Shown piece after piece: positions 41,867-53,046 of a stretch of DNA of 64,000 nt. Both the position numbers and the translations under genes were made by a program. The DNA is taken from NCBI GenBank assembly GCA_035297365.1, contig DATGZA010000014.1:210959-274958 (forward strand), written 5' to 3'. The stretch is from Nitrososphaeraceae archaeon. GTDB taxonomy: Archaea; Thermoproteota; Nitrososphaeria; Nitrososphaerales; Nitrososphaeraceae. Each line of letters begins with the position of its first letter. Position 1 is the stretch's first letter. The notes beneath the pieces were generated by a model. That model made no database searches, was not told the origin of the DNA, and saw only the letters and a program-made list of their open reading frames with translations.

Positions 41867-42382
41867 ATGATAACTATCAATAACATAATTGGTAATTTAA
41901 CGAGAGATTCTAAATTAAAAGAAAAATATGAATTGATGCTTAGAAAAGGTAACTGTGAAAAAGTAAAAATCAATAGGTTGGAATCCCAAAGGCTCAGAAT
42001 GAGAAAGAATACAGATAAGGGATCTGATGTTATTTTTGTTTTTGACCATAATCCACAACTTCGACATGAGGATGTTGTATTTTCTGATGATGAGAAGATG
42101 ATTATTGTTGAATTAGAACCAGAATACGTCGGTATAATTACATTGAAAAATTATAATACCAATGAAGATATGTTTTCAATGTCGATAAAAATTGGTCATA
42201 CACTGGGAAATTTACACAGACCAATTCGGGTAACAAAAAATCAAGTATATTTTCCATTACAAGCAGAGACAGAAATTGAAATGCTTACAAAACTCTTTTC
42301 ATCATTCAGTCAATTTCTTGATATCAATACTGATTATATGGTCTTTGAACCAGAAGAAGGACACCATATTCATGAACATTGA
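41867..42382 (+). CDS. ureE: Urease accessory protein UreE
   Basis: RMRKNTDKG, IGHTLGNLH, FEPEEGHHIHEH. Confidence 0.9.
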   Translation: MITINNIIGNLTRDSKLKEKYELMLRKGNCEKVKINRLESQRLRMRKNTDKGSDVIFVFDHNPQLRHEDVVFSDDEKMIIVELEPEYVGIITLKNYNTNEDMFSMSIKIGHTLGNLHRPIRVTKNQVYFPLQAETEIEMLTKLFSSFSQFLDINTDYMVFEPEEGHHIHEH

Positions 42383-43136
42383 TGCCATCGATCTTCAGTT
42401 AGAACAGATAAGCATGATGCAGTTAGGGGACTCTTTTTTTCCAACGGGGATGTATACGACCTCAAGTGGATTGGAGTCTCTCTTTTACAACAGAAAGATA
42501 AAAGATAAACAAAAAATTTTAGAATTTATTTCCGTATCTCTGAAATACCAAATAGGTCCAGCAGACTGTACAGCACTCTCTAACGCTTATCATTTTGCTA
42601 AAATTTCAGATTTGCAAGGCGTAATAGAGATAGACAAATTACTTTTTTCTATGAAGTTAGTTAAGGAGATACGGGATGCTTCGGCAAGGTCCGGAACACA
42701 ATTGTTAAGTTGTGTATCAAGTTTCGTTAATGAAACTATTACCGACGATGTCGCAACAAATTTAATTCATGATAATATTCTTACTCCTGCCAAACTGGTT
42801 TCATCCTATTATAATGCGATAAAGAATAAAACTGCTCATGGTATTTATCCAGTTGCATTAGCGGTAGCGTCAAATGCATTAAACATAAGAAAAGAAAGGG
42901 CTTGCATCCTTTTATTGTACGGATTTACGGTAAGTATAGTAGGTGCGGCACTTAGATTGGGAATGTTACAACATTTTGAAGGACAGCAAATAATTCATTC
43001 CTTAAAACCATTGATGGTAGAGGTTATAAAAACAAATATTGATAGACCTTTTTCTCATATGTGGCAATTTTCTCCTGGGATCGATATTTTGCAGATTACA
43101 CATGAGAGGATGGATTCAAAAATGTTTATTACATAA
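42372..43136 (+). CDS. ureF: Urease accessory protein UreF
   Basis: DSFFPTG, SSGLE, ALRL, HERMDSKMF; likely start ATG 42372. Confidence 0.92.
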   Translation: MNIDAIDLQLEQISMMQLGDSFFPTGMYTTSSGLESLFYNRKIKDKQKILEFISVSLKYQIGPADCTALSNAYHFAKISDLQGVIEIDKLLFSMKLVKEIRDASARSGTQLLSCVSSFVNETITDDVATNLIHDNILTPAKLVSSYYNAIKNKTAHGIYPVALAVASNALNIRKERACILLLYGFTVSIVGAALRLGMLQHFEGQQIIHSLKPLMVEVIKTNIDRPFSHMWQFSPGIDILQITHERMDSKMFIT

Positions 43137-43157
43137 AATATTTATCTTTTATTTGTT

Positions 43158-43823
43158 ATGACTGTTAAAAGAATTCCTCGAGTTGGTATCGGTGGACCTG
43201 TCGGATCAGGAAAAACAATGTTAATTGAACAATTTGTTCCGTTATTAAGTCAAAAAGGATATAAGACGGCAATTGTCTCCAACGATGTAGTATCGAAAAT
43301 AGATGCTGATCGGATGCGAAGGAACTTGGCATCCGAACAAGGGCTACTACCAGAAAGTCTGGTAATAGGACTTGCTACGGGTGGATGTCCACATACTGCC
43401 GTAAGGGAGGATCCTTCTATGAATATTTCTGTGGTTGAAGAAATAGAATCCAAACATAATGAAGATCTTGATTTGATAATAATTGAAAGCGGTGGTGATA
43501 ATATAACAACAACGTTTAGTCCTGCATTGGCTGATTACTTTATCTATATAATAGATGTCTCTAGTGGAGATAAATATCCCAGAAAACGTGGTCTTGGAAT
43601 AGAGAGTTGTGATCTTTTGGTGATTAATAAAATTGATCTTGCTCCACTTATAGGTGCAGATCTTAAAGTAATGGAGAAGGATGCTATTGTCGTCAGAAAA
43701 AACAAACCATTTCTATTTGTTAATTGCAAAACTGGTCAGGGAGTGAAAGAAGTTGCAGAACATATTATAAAAGATGTTTTGTTTGAAGCACCCCCAAAAA
43801 CTCTTCTAAAGAAAAATAATTAG
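43158..43823 (+). CDS. ureG: Urease accessory GTPase UreG
   Basis: GGPVGSGKT, TGGCPH, ESGGDN, NKID. Confidence 0.97.
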   Translation: MTVKRIPRVGIGGPVGSGKTMLIEQFVPLLSQKGYKTAIVSNDVVSKIDADRMRRNLASEQGLLPESLVIGLATGGCPHTAVREDPSMNISVVEEIESKHNEDLDLIIIESGGDNITTTFSPALADYFIYIIDVSSGDKYPRKRGLGIESCDLLVINKIDLAPLIGADLKVMEKDAIVVRKNKPFLFVNCKTGQGVKEVAEHIIKDVLFEAPPKTLLKKNN

Positions 43824-43846
43824 ATAATCAAAGAGTTTACATAATT

Positions 43847-44782
43847 ATGATACCTCTTGATGTAGATTATTTCATCCCAAAGGATATTCCCAGAGAGGTT
43901 TTATCTTATGAAGCAGTTTTGACTCAATTAGGGGTAGGTAAAGCAGGAAAGCTTGGAACATTGATTTTGTCCCTTGAAAAGGATCAAAATCTAAATAGAA
44001 CAATAATAAAAGAACAATACTCTAAAGTCCCTCTTTTTGTTCAACGAGCGCTATACCTTGAAGAAAGTCTGCCATCTATGGCATATATCTATATAATGTC
44101 TCCTTCTGGAGGAATTCTCCAAGGTGACCGGTATAGAATAGATATCAAGATAGGTGATAGTGCTTTAGCTCATATGACCACCCAGGGAGCTACAAGACTT
44201 TATAGAATGGATAAAAACTATGCAACTCAGATAGTCAATATAACTTTGGATAGTAACAGTTATTTTGAATTTGTGCCCGACCAGATAATACCTTATAGAG
44301 ATTCTAGGTTCTATCAATCTGTAACTTTGAATATTCATGAGGAGGCTACCATGATATATTCTGAGACAATAGTTCCAGGACGTATGGCTATGGGTGAATA
44401 CTTTAATTACGATATTTGTTATTTAAAAATGATTGGAAAGAACCAAGAGGGCGCATTGCGATTTATTGACACTGCATTGTTACAACCCAAGAAAAATGAT
44501 CTAAAGATCCTTGGAGTTCTTGAAGAATTTAATATGTTATGCAATACATACATCCTCACACCACCCAGATATGTTGAGAAATTGAATGATACTATAAATG
44601 ATAAAATATCTCTATTTCCAGAGGTCAGAGGTGGATGCTCTGTGATGCCTGATGGTTCAGGAATAGCTATTAGAATCTTGGGAAACACAATAGATAGATT
44701 AAAAGAGGTTACATATTCTATATTAGGGATATGTAGACATGAAATCCTAAATGCGAAGTTTAGTGGAATTCGCAAAAACTAA
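43847..44782 (+). CDS. ureD: Urease accessory protein UreD
   Basis: SPSGGILQGD, TTQGATRLY, PDQIIPY, PGR. Confidence 0.93.
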   Translation: MIPLDVDYFIPKDIPREVLSYEAVLTQLGVGKAGKLGTLILSLEKDQNLNRTIIKEQYSKVPLFVQRALYLEESLPSMAYIYIMSPSGGILQGDRYRIDIKIGDSALAHMTTQGATRLYRMDKNYATQIVNITLDSNSYFEFVPDQIIPYRDSRFYQSVTLNIHEEATMIYSETIVPGRMAMGEYFNYDICYLKMIGKNQEGALRFIDTALLQPKKNDLKILGVLEEFNMLCNTYILTPPRYVEKLNDTINDKISLFPEVRGGCSVMPDGSGIAIRILGNTIDRLKEVTYSILGICRHEILNAKFSGIRKN

Positions 44783-44877
44783 CTGTTAAAGAGATCCTTT
44801 TTACTTTTTTTATATCTCATTTCTTTATTTATTTTTCATTTCTTTAGTCTTTATGGTTTTATTTTTATGTTATGATC

Positions 44878-45030
44878 CTACTTTCTTGATATCGTCCAAA
44901 ATTCTATTATTTTGACCTTATGATTATTATTGTTTCTGTGAATTTCTGAATCAACGATGTTGTCAAAAACTTGATCACACTCTTCACACCAAGAGGTACA
45001 TTTTTTCTTACTTTTATCTAATGCGTTCAT
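44878..45030 (-). CDS. 50-aa C2H2 zinc-finger microprotein (not in the ORF track)
   Basis: MNALDKSKKKCTSWCEECDQVFDNIVDSEIHRNNNNHKVKIIEFWTISRK: C-x2-C-x3-F-x8-H-x5-H. Confidence 0.7.
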   Translation of the reverse strand: MNALDKSKKKCTSWCEECDQVFDNIVDSEIHRNNNNHKVKIIEFWTISRK

Positions 45031-45303
45031 CACTTATTTCGAACAACAAAATTATTATTAAATGATCTGTTTATACAGGTAATTCAGTTGAACAATCAAA
45101 TATTATATGAAATTTCAATATATTTTCTAAATTATGCAATCTACTTGATGATATTACTTATTAATATTCTTAGTACATTATTTGCATACTTTGATAATGA
45201 TATCAGGTATCTATTGATTAGTTTTAAATGAAAAATACAGTGATGAATATATTTATGATAAATGAAGAGTCTTCGGAGGTTACTCTTTTTGGATGATAAC
45301 TAT

Positions 45304-45783
45304 ATGAAATTGCAAAAGAACCCTAGTGATTCAAAAGCAGAATCCACTATTATGATGTTGCCATCAGACGCAAATCCTAAGGGAAACGTCTTCGGAGGAT
45401 CTATTCTAAAACATGTTGATTTAATTGCGGGTATTGTCGCTAAAAGACATGCCAACCAGTCAAATATTGTTACTGCAAGTATGGATAGAGTAACTTTCAT
45501 AAAACCCATATTTATTGGAAATGCTCTCATCCTTTCGGCAAGAATTAATTATGTTAAAAGATCATCTATGGAAATAGAAGTAAATATTTATTCAGAAGAT
45601 CTTGATTATAATACTAGAGATCATGCTGGTAAAGCATTTGTGACTATGGTTGCACTTGATAAATACGGTAAACCGATGGAAGTACCTCAACTCCTTTTAG
45701 AAACTGAAGGCGATAAAACTCGATTCAAAGAAGGGGAGGAAAGAATGAGAGTTAGGCTGAAAGAATCAGGTAAATTTAAATGA
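45304..45783 (+). CDS. Acyl-CoA thioesterase (hotdog fold, YciA-like)
   Basis: PSDANPKGNVFGG, VTASMD, SSMEI, MVALD; start could be 45262. Confidence 0.9.
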   Translation: MKLQKNPSDSKAESTIMMLPSDANPKGNVFGGSILKHVDLIAGIVAKRHANQSNIVTASMDRVTFIKPIFIGNALILSARINYVKRSSMEIEVNIYSEDLDYNTRDHAGKAFVTMVALDKYGKPMEVPQLLLETEGDKTRFKEGEERMRVRLKESGKFK

Positions 45784-45981
45784 ACAGATATATTTTCAAC
45801 ATATTCAACTCTTGATAAATCCCTACAAAAGATGTTCATTTCTACCCTGAACATTTTTTTTGTTTGTTTTATAGGAATTGAACTAAGACTTGTCTTATGG
45901 ATAAAAGCCATATAAGATTATTTATAAAAATTTTGCAAAATTGTTTATAATAAATGTTGTATATAATCAATTAGTATAACG

Positions 45982-46533
45982 ATGCATCAAAAAAAATTAT
46001 TGTTAATTATGACTACCTTTGTTACTTCGATATTTTTCTTCTATGGAGGATTAAATGCGGCTTTCTCAGCATCTGGTGATAATTTTAGTGCAAATCTGGA
46101 TGGAGCACAAGAAATACCGCCTGTAACTACTGAAGGAACAGGTCTTGCCTCTTTGCAAATGCAGGATAATACCATAACATATCAGGTAAACGTCATGAAT
46201 ACCGATAAAATAACTGGAATTCACATCCATAAAGGAACAAGTGGAGAAAATGGGGACGTACTTGTCAGTTTGTATACCCGAAATACAGATGACGATGATA
46301 TCTCATCTTTACCTAAGAACATCGTTCCAAAAATTGATGTTGCATCAACTGTTCAGCGATCTAGTCAATTCTCATCAAGTGGTAACTTTCATGATTATGA
46401 TCTGCAAGGCTCTCTAGAAGGAAAAACGTTAGAAGATCTAGTTTCTCTGATGCAAAGTGGACAAACATATGTAAATGTACATACAACAAGTTATCCTGAT
46501 GGTGAGATTAGAGGACAAATATCGAGCAAGTAG
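45982..46533 (+). CDS. Secreted CHRD-domain protein
   Basis: LDGAQEIPPV, IHIH, YVNVHT, PDGEIRGQI. Confidence 0.9.
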   Translation: MHQKKLLLIMTTFVTSIFFFYGGLNAAFSASGDNFSANLDGAQEIPPVTTEGTGLASLQMQDNTITYQVNVMNTDKITGIHIHKGTSGENGDVLVSLYTRNTDDDDISSLPKNIVPKIDVASTVQRSSQFSSSGNFHDYDLQGSLEGKTLEDLVSLMQSGQTYVNVHTTSYPDGEIRGQISSK

Positions 46534-46575
46534 ATTGAAATTAAATATATCTCCCAAAGTATTCTGTATAATATC

Positions 46576-47412
46576 TTGGGAAATGAAGGGTTAAGAGTTG
46601 ACGAATCTGTTCAATTAACTAAAAGTGATGGTAGGAAAGTCCTATTTGATTTTGATAAGATTATATCCACATGTATAAGAGCCGGTGCTAGTAGAAATCT
46701 AGCTGAAGAGATTGCACAAAAAGTATTTGAACAATCTTATGATGGCATGACTACAAAAGAGGTATATAAAAAAATACTTCGATTTCTAAAAGACGAACAT
46801 TATCCAAAGATACAAAATAGGTATAGACTACGCGAATCAATAATGTCCCTTGGTCCCACCGGCTTTATTTTCGAATCCTTTGTTGGTCAGATTCTTGAAA
46901 AACACGGATATAGCATTGAATCTATAAGATCCAAAGTCAAAGGTCAATGTGTAGAACACGAAATTGATCTAATTGCACGTTCTTCAACAAATAACCGATA
47001 TATGATAGAATGCAAATATCATAACATTGCGGGAATATTTACTGGTCTGAAAGAGACACTATACACTCACGCAAGGTTTCTTGATCTAAAAGAGGCGTTC
47101 GATCGGGAGATGCTTGTGAGTAATACACAGATTTCTGGGGATGCTATCCAATACGCAAAATGTGTTGGACAAGATGTATTATCGTGGCGTTATCCAAAAG
47201 ATAATGGATTAGAAAAGATGATTGAAGATCAAGGACTTTATCCAGTAACTCTTTTACATTTAAATAAAAATGAGTTAGATGCCTTCTCAAAAATTAATTT
47301 CTTATTAGCAAGAAATCTTCTCAATGTAAATATTGATGAATTATCTAGGCAGACAGGAATTTCAACGAACCGGTTAACCACACTTCAAAGTAAGATTAAT
47401 CAGATTCTGTAG
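46576..47412 (+). CDS. ATP-cone + Mrr-like PD-(D/E)XK nuclease domain protein
   Basis: TKSDGRKVLFDFDKI ATP cone; FESFV, HEID, IECKYH. Confidence 0.8.
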   Translation: MGNEGLRVDESVQLTKSDGRKVLFDFDKIISTCIRAGASRNLAEEIAQKVFEQSYDGMTTKEVYKKILRFLKDEHYPKIQNRYRLRESIMSLGPTGFIFESFVGQILEKHGYSIESIRSKVKGQCVEHEIDLIARSSTNNRYMIECKYHNIAGIFTGLKETLYTHARFLDLKEAFDREMLVSNTQISGDAIQYAKCVGQDVLSWRYPKDNGLEKMIEDQGLYPVTLLHLNKNELDAFSKINFLLARNLLNVNIDELSRQTGISTNRLTTLQSKINQIL

Positions 47413-47717
47413 ATTTATTGAATTATTTTTTTATATCAACTAATGTGAAAGTATTATTTAATTGTCAATTGTTTCATGTGTTTAATTGATTATCTATTAG
47501 TCTCAAATTATAATAAAATGATGAAAACAAACAGGCCATATGAGGTTCATAATTATGGTTATGATGATGATGTAAATAAATTCAACAGAAAAATTCATCA
47601 AAAATAAATTAGATTTCACTTTAGAGTTTTTTTATTGCACTGGACATATATATTCTAAAATATTAGTCGACATCGACTAAATATACAAAAATAGACTATT
47701 TTGATTTATCAGTCAAG

Positions 47718-48035
47718 TTAAGGTAAATCATATGATTGTGGGACATCATAGATGAAAATCTTGCCATGGATATTACCAGATTTTTTTACCTCATCTATTA
47801 TTTTATCTACTTCAGAATCAGTAACAACGACCTCTACTCTTTTTCTCGTTACGAATTCAGGAACAAACTTTTTCCCAGATCTATATCCATCTATTATTTT
47901 GTCTACCTCTCCTCTTTCTAATTTGCCCCGTCCTGCTATTTCAAAATAGGATATCCCCTCAACATTATTTTTTTGTAAAACTTCTTTAATAGATTCAAGA
48001 TCCGTATTACGGATATAGAAGACTAATCCTTTCAT
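47718..48035 (-). CDS. P-II family protein (divergent)
   Basis: IAGRG, RVEVVV, GKIFIYDV; long T-loop, short C-terminus. Confidence 0.85.
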   Translation of the reverse strand: MKGLVFYIRNTDLESIKEVLQKNNVEGISYFEIAGRGKLERGEVDKIIDGYRSGKKFVPEFVTRKRVEVVVTDSEVDKIIDEVKKSGNIHGKIFIYDVPQSYDLP

Positions 48036-48474
48036 TGTTAATGTATTTTAGTTTATTTATATAACTCTTTTCAAGTTATTTTAATTTAAATGCATTAATT
48101 ATATTTTTATTGTAATTCAAAATGTTTTTTACTAAACTGCAAATTGCCAATTTTTGGTCACAATGACTTTATCAATATAAAAATAAGTGCTAAAAAACCT
48201 AAAAATTATCTCAGTAATTGTTATGTTTTATACCAACAAACCAGTTCATTTATCTGGCTAGCAAACCCCTTGTGCGCATGCTCCTATCTAGTAAAAAGAA
48301 GGTTTTTCGTTGAATGTCATGTCTGGATGGTGTTGCATATGTTAGCACCCTAGTTATGATATATTTTTGTAGCTTTGTCTATTGTTCTTTTGATTGCAAC
48401 CATTCAGAAATTTGCCAATCATTTCATATTTAAATATCATTTTTATTATGTGTATAATGATCCAGATAGTTCAA

Positions 48475-48654
48475 TCACACATCAAAGTGAAATTTCTTTA
48501 TATGAAATGAAATACCCTCTTCATATAGTCCCTTAGAGATACTCTTTATTATTCCATCTTCAATTATCTTACGTCGATCAGTGTTCTCAATAAGATCTGT
48601 TGGAATATCAATATCTATTTCTACCTTTAATCTCACTCGCCTGCTAGATACCAT
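48475..48654 (-). CDS. Small hypothetical protein
   Basis: RRVRLKVEIDIDIP...ISKGLYEEG; ~59 aa. Confidence 0.6.
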   Translation of the reverse strand: MVSSRRVRLKVEIDIDIPTDLIENTDRRKIIEDGIIKSISKGLYEEGISFHIKKFHFDV

Positions 48655-49130
48655 AAAAATCATATCGGTACATCCGGTATTGAGTGTATGTTTTTGATTG
48701 ATAAATTATTAACGAATAATCCTTATCATTCATTTAGGTAAGTATAATGCCTCCGGGGAGGATCCTTGGAATTATTTTTATATCTCTGTTTGAAAATAAT
48801 TTTTTATCTAATTTATTCTTAAAAAAAAGGAAAGAAAAATATGATAATTTACAACATTGATTTTTGAAATTGGAAATTTTCGTGTCATTCATTTATTTTC
48901 CAAGCGTTCTCTGGATATTACCCAATTGAAAAATATTACAAATATTATTGTCTAAGGAATGAAAAATAATGAATAGATAATATATCGGAAGCATCGCCTC
49001 TGGTAAGAAACATAACACATATTCGACATTCGAAATGAAATTTTATTAGACATGCTATCTAAATAAATGACTGGTAAAATCGATCGGATAATTTAGATAA
49101 TATTTTCCATTTTGCAACAAGGATATCAGT

Positions 49131-49367
49131 TCAGGCTAATTTCTTTTTTCGGTGCATCACCTTTATTGCTAAATATATTGCTATACTACTTGATCCTAAT
49201 ATCGCACCAATCATAATTTTGGTCAAAAGATCATTTTCAATAAACATGGATATCCCAGAACTTAAGATACTGTAAAAGGAAAGGGTATAAGCAATTTCCT
49301 CATATTTTCTTATTTTCTTTACTTCTTTTTCTAATGATTCTTTCACAACATTTATTGTTGTTACCAT
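49131..49367 (-). CDS. Small 2-TM membrane protein
   Basis: Two hydrophobic segments, basic C-terminus. Confidence 0.55.
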   Translation of the reverse strand: MVTTINVVKESLEKEVKKIRKYEEIAYTLSFYSILSSGISMFIENDLLTKIMIGAILGSSSIAIYLAIKVMHRKKKLA

Positions 49368-49679
49368 AATGTCCTTGATAGAAAAAACTATTAAAACATT
49401 TTTGTGATGTTACTAGATACTGTTTAAGTAGTAACAATTAACGTTTAATAAATCGTAATTTAGTTTAATTTAGATAAATTGAAGAAAAGTGTAAATAAAG
49501 AATTACATATTATTGTATTAAAAAAAATGAAAAGGTAGCAATGGCTAGTTAATCTTATTTTATAAACAATTTGAATTCATGGAATAATAAGAGAATTCAT
49601 AAACCAATCAAACAATAAAAGTTTACAAGAAAAATTTGAATACCAAGAGTTATTAAAAGATTTAATAAAAATCATACTT

Positions 49680-50030
49680 ATGCCAAATGAAGACTGTCTC
49701 ACAGACGATAAAAAAGATGAAATAATAGAATTAGATTATAAAAATTTTAGTAATGTAGTAAATAGAAATAATCTTACTTTAGTTGATTTTTGGGCACCTT
49801 GGTGTGGGCCTTGCGAAACAATGTTTGCCATATTTTCGAAGTTATCTAAATATTATTCTGATAAGGTCATCTTTGCGAGAGTAAACATTGATAATAATCC
49901 AAAAATTGCTTCAGAATACGAGGTTTTCTCTATTCCATCTTTTATATTATTTAAGGATGGACAACCAATCAAAGGCTTAATTGGCATAGTAACTGAAAGC
50001 AGATTAAAAGAGATGGTGGAAAAATTGTAG
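49680..50030 (+). CDS. trxA: Thioredoxin
   Basis: DFWAPWCGPC, SIPSF. Confidence 0.93.
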   Translation: MPNEDCLTDDKKDEIIELDYKNFSNVVNRNNLTLVDFWAPWCGPCETMFAIFSKLSKYYSDKVIFARVNIDNNPKIASEYEVFSIPSFILFKDGQPIKGLIGIVTESRLKEMVEKL

Positions 50031-50044
50031 GCCCACCGTTATAA

Positions 50045-50062
50045 TTTTTCGGCGCCGAAAAA
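50045..50062. terminator. Perfect 18-bp palindrome downstream of thioredoxin
   Basis: tttttcggc|gccgaaaaa. Confidence 0.5.
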
Positions 50063-50336
50063 AAATGGTAGTTTGATTTTCTAGCATCTTAAATCACGAA
50101 TATTGCTGACTTATTTAAAAGAGAGAGGGAATAGAAAACCTTCTTTCTTCGGAGCTAATTTTACAGTTTCTGGATAGTGGTTCAGTAAGACCCCCTCTTT
50201 CAGAGCGTAGCAATTTCGTATACAGCTTGAATACTCTAGAAGGGATCATCTACAACGATTTTTATTCTGACCAATAGGTACTATCATCAAATTTATATAA
50301 AAAACCTTAATTAACTATATAACGATGTCTAATTAA

Positions 50337-50780
50337 TTGGCATTCGTTCGCGTTAGATCAATTCAGGATGGAAATAGCACAAATCACTATACCTTAAGAC
50401 ATGTATTTCTTATTTCAATTTTATTTGCTACGATCTGGCTTCTTAATTCTTCATCCATGAGTAAGTCAGCATGGAGTTCCGATAATACTGTACAGATTCC
50501 TTATCAAGCATCTGATCCCTCAGTAAAGAAAAATTTTGATCCAGAATCTATACATATACAAAGAGGTGACAAAATTACTTGGATCAATATGGACGAAATG
50601 ATGCATACAATCACTGGGCATACTTCATCCGACAAATCACTCGCTAATGGATTTGATTCCGGAGTATTACATCTTGGACAAGAATTCACACTTACATTTG
50701 ACCAAGAAGGAGAATACAAATACTCATGTATGTTCCATCCATTTATGACTGGAAAAATATTAGTCTCTCAACAGGGATAA
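50337..50780 (+). CDS. Plastocyanin/cupredoxin-like blue copper protein
   Basis: FDPESI, ITWIN.D..MHT, FDSG, YSCMFHPFMTG (His/Cys/His/Met type-1 site). Confidence 0.9.
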   Translation: MAFVRVRSIQDGNSTNHYTLRHVFLISILFATIWLLNSSSMSKSAWSSDNTVQIPYQASDPSVKKNFDPESIHIQRGDKITWINMDEMMHTITGHTSSDKSLANGFDSGVLHLGQEFTLTFDQEGEYKYSCMFHPFMTGKILVSQQG

Positions 50781-51415
50781 AACTAGGAAAAAACTATTAT
50801 ACATAATTTAATAATATTTTTACATAATAAATATAAATTCGGCTTTACTATTTATGACTAATCTATATCTAAACCTATATGATAACAGCATATTAAAAAA
50901 TATAAATGCATATAGTTAAAAGAAATATAATATACACAATTAAATTTATTTAAGCAGGTCAAATGAAGGCAAAGCAAGGAACAAATATTTTTGATAGTTA
51001 TCACAATTCAATAAAACGCTAGAGTAGGACTATATGAATAATAAGTACTTATCTTTGCTACAGGGTTTATGATCCTATAAAAAAGTAGATATTATCAATA
51101 ATACTGAAGAAAAATAATATATAAAAAGTTGACCAAACAAATCACGCTAATATTAAAAAGAGGTCTGAATGTAATATTTAAAAATTACCTGGAGAGACTC
51201 GATTGTAGTATATTATGATATATTACTAAAAATGAGAAACTATCGATCGTATTTAATACGTACAGTAGATCTATTCTGCATAACAAGAAAAAGAGAATAC
51301 AAAAGACAAAATTTGTTCTTATATTTCTAATTTTTATACAAGTTATAAGTTATATATTGCAACAGAAACAAAACGATTGATAAAATAGTTCTTTTCAGCA
51401 ACATTCTTAATATTA

Positions 51416-51835
51416 AATTGTACCAAAATATGGATTTGTATCCGTTGGTTAAGCTTTTTCATTACGAACCTTTTATACATTATATTTCTGACTTTACATT
51501 TCATCTTCAAACTATCTCTTTTGTAATATTCTGTAGATAATTCTGGTACTGAGCAATATTTTATGTAGACATTTTAGCCTGGACCTAATCTGATTCCAAC
51601 CAAATCTTTTAGTTATACGTAAATCAAGAATTTCCTTTTCTATCTCATTTGTTACCTTTTCAGAGTGTTTATTGTACGCTTTTTTATTTTCATGCTGGAA
51701 ACTATTTATTCCATTCTCAAGGTACTGTTTTTCCACTTGTAGCATCTCCTTCTAGATTTTAGGTATCTAGTGTATTACTTACAGTACCTTCAGTCCACTC
51801 TTTTGATGAATTAGATTAAATTTTGTTTGTAATTC
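51416..51835 (-). mobile_element. Decayed IS481-like transposase remnant
   Basis: Frameshifted CYKWK..YLENG, EIEKEILDLR..RFGWNQI, LSTRIIYRILQ, YKRFVMKK. Confidence 0.65.
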
Positions 51836-52470
51836 TATTTTGAATACACTTAGTAGCAGATTTGAAAGTGTTATCTATGTTAGTAAATGAAATTGTAACC
51901 ATCTATACAAGTACAACAAGTAATTATTTTAAGAAATTTGTAATAGCTTAAAACGTATATAGAAATAAAAATGATATAACTGAGTAACGACGATTAAACT
52001 TGTGACTATTGTAAGAATACTGAAGAAAGATGACTAAAATTTTACAGGTAAGAGTATTATACTTTAGTAAAGCTATTAATTTAACAGAGCTTTAAGATCG
52101 CTGAAACTGGTATGCAGGATTTTATTAATACGATATCCTTGAGACAATCAAACCAACTTCTACATGTAACTTTTTAGCATCTATCAACATAGTCAATATA
52201 GCAGTGTGTCAAATTTATTTTACATGATATAATGTCTCAACATTGTAGCCTCATTAAGTATGTTGAAGCAAACGATTAGAGCTTGATTTTGATTAAATAG
52301 CTCAAATTATGGAAATTTAGTCGATAATCCAATTATGTTGTCATTTAGTTGGATAATCCTAAATAATTATACTCGAATAACTTTACAATTTTGAACTTTT
52401 AATTGATTAATTTATTGTTAGTGCCTATCGATAGAATTCTATATTAATAACCAAATTATTACAATATTTT

Positions 52471-53046
52471 ATGAAACAGAAGGTAAGAGTAATGATTGTT
52501 TCACTAACTTTAATGATTGGAATAATGGCTGTTATGGATTATTCGCTTGAGACAGCTTATTCTCAGGTTGACCCAGCGAAAGAAAAAGCATTGCAGGACC
52601 AGGTAGCCAAAAGCTTTAATTATGTGCATAAAGCAGACCTTAATAGAGCATCTATAACTCTATTACTAAATGGCATCAGTCTTATTCAAAATGATACATT
52701 ACTAATATATGATTCAACTCCTTTTGCAACCAAGGGACATATATCTCTTAATTTACCATGTAACCCAGAAGAGCCTAATAAACCGATGTTTCAGGTACTA
52801 ATCGGTCTTGCTCCTAAGGTTTTTCCCATGTACCTGGGATATTTAGAACAAGTTTCAAACCCGCCTAGAAGTTGTTTATTTCATGGACAATTTGGATTTG
52901 GAGATCCTGTAACAGATGTGGCCCTTAAATACACAGAAAGCAAAGAGGTTCATTTTCTAGGCCCACATACTATTACAATAACTGCACATGAATCATACAT
53001 TCCAAGTCAAGAGCTGTTCAAAGAAAAACAACATTTAGCTCCTTAA
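52471..53046 (+). CDS. Secreted His/Cys hypothetical protein (paralog of 10746-11294)
   Basis: Signal peptide; IYDSTP, KGHISLNLPC, QVLIGLAP, SCLFH, TDVAL. Confidence 0.8.
   Translation: MKQKVRVMIVSLTLMIGIMAVMDYSLETAYSQVDPAKEKALQDQVAKSFNYVHKADLNRASITLLLNGISLIQNDTLLIYDSTPFATKGHISLNLPCNPEEPNKPMFQVLIGLAPKVFPMYLGYLEQVSNPPRSCLFHGQFGFGDPVTDVALKYTESKEVHFLGPHTITITAHESYIPSQELFKEKQHLAP

Noticed and set aside
37594-44775. Many antisense and alternate-frame ORFs over the urease, chaperonin, GH38 and ABC genes
   Set aside because: Shadow ORFs of well-supported genes with no motifs of their own
47663-47680. Inverted repeat ttagtcga-ca-tcgactaa and other short TCGA-Nx-TCGA palindromes
   Set aside because: Short, with variable spacing and no consistent promoter position; at most a terminator between convergent genes
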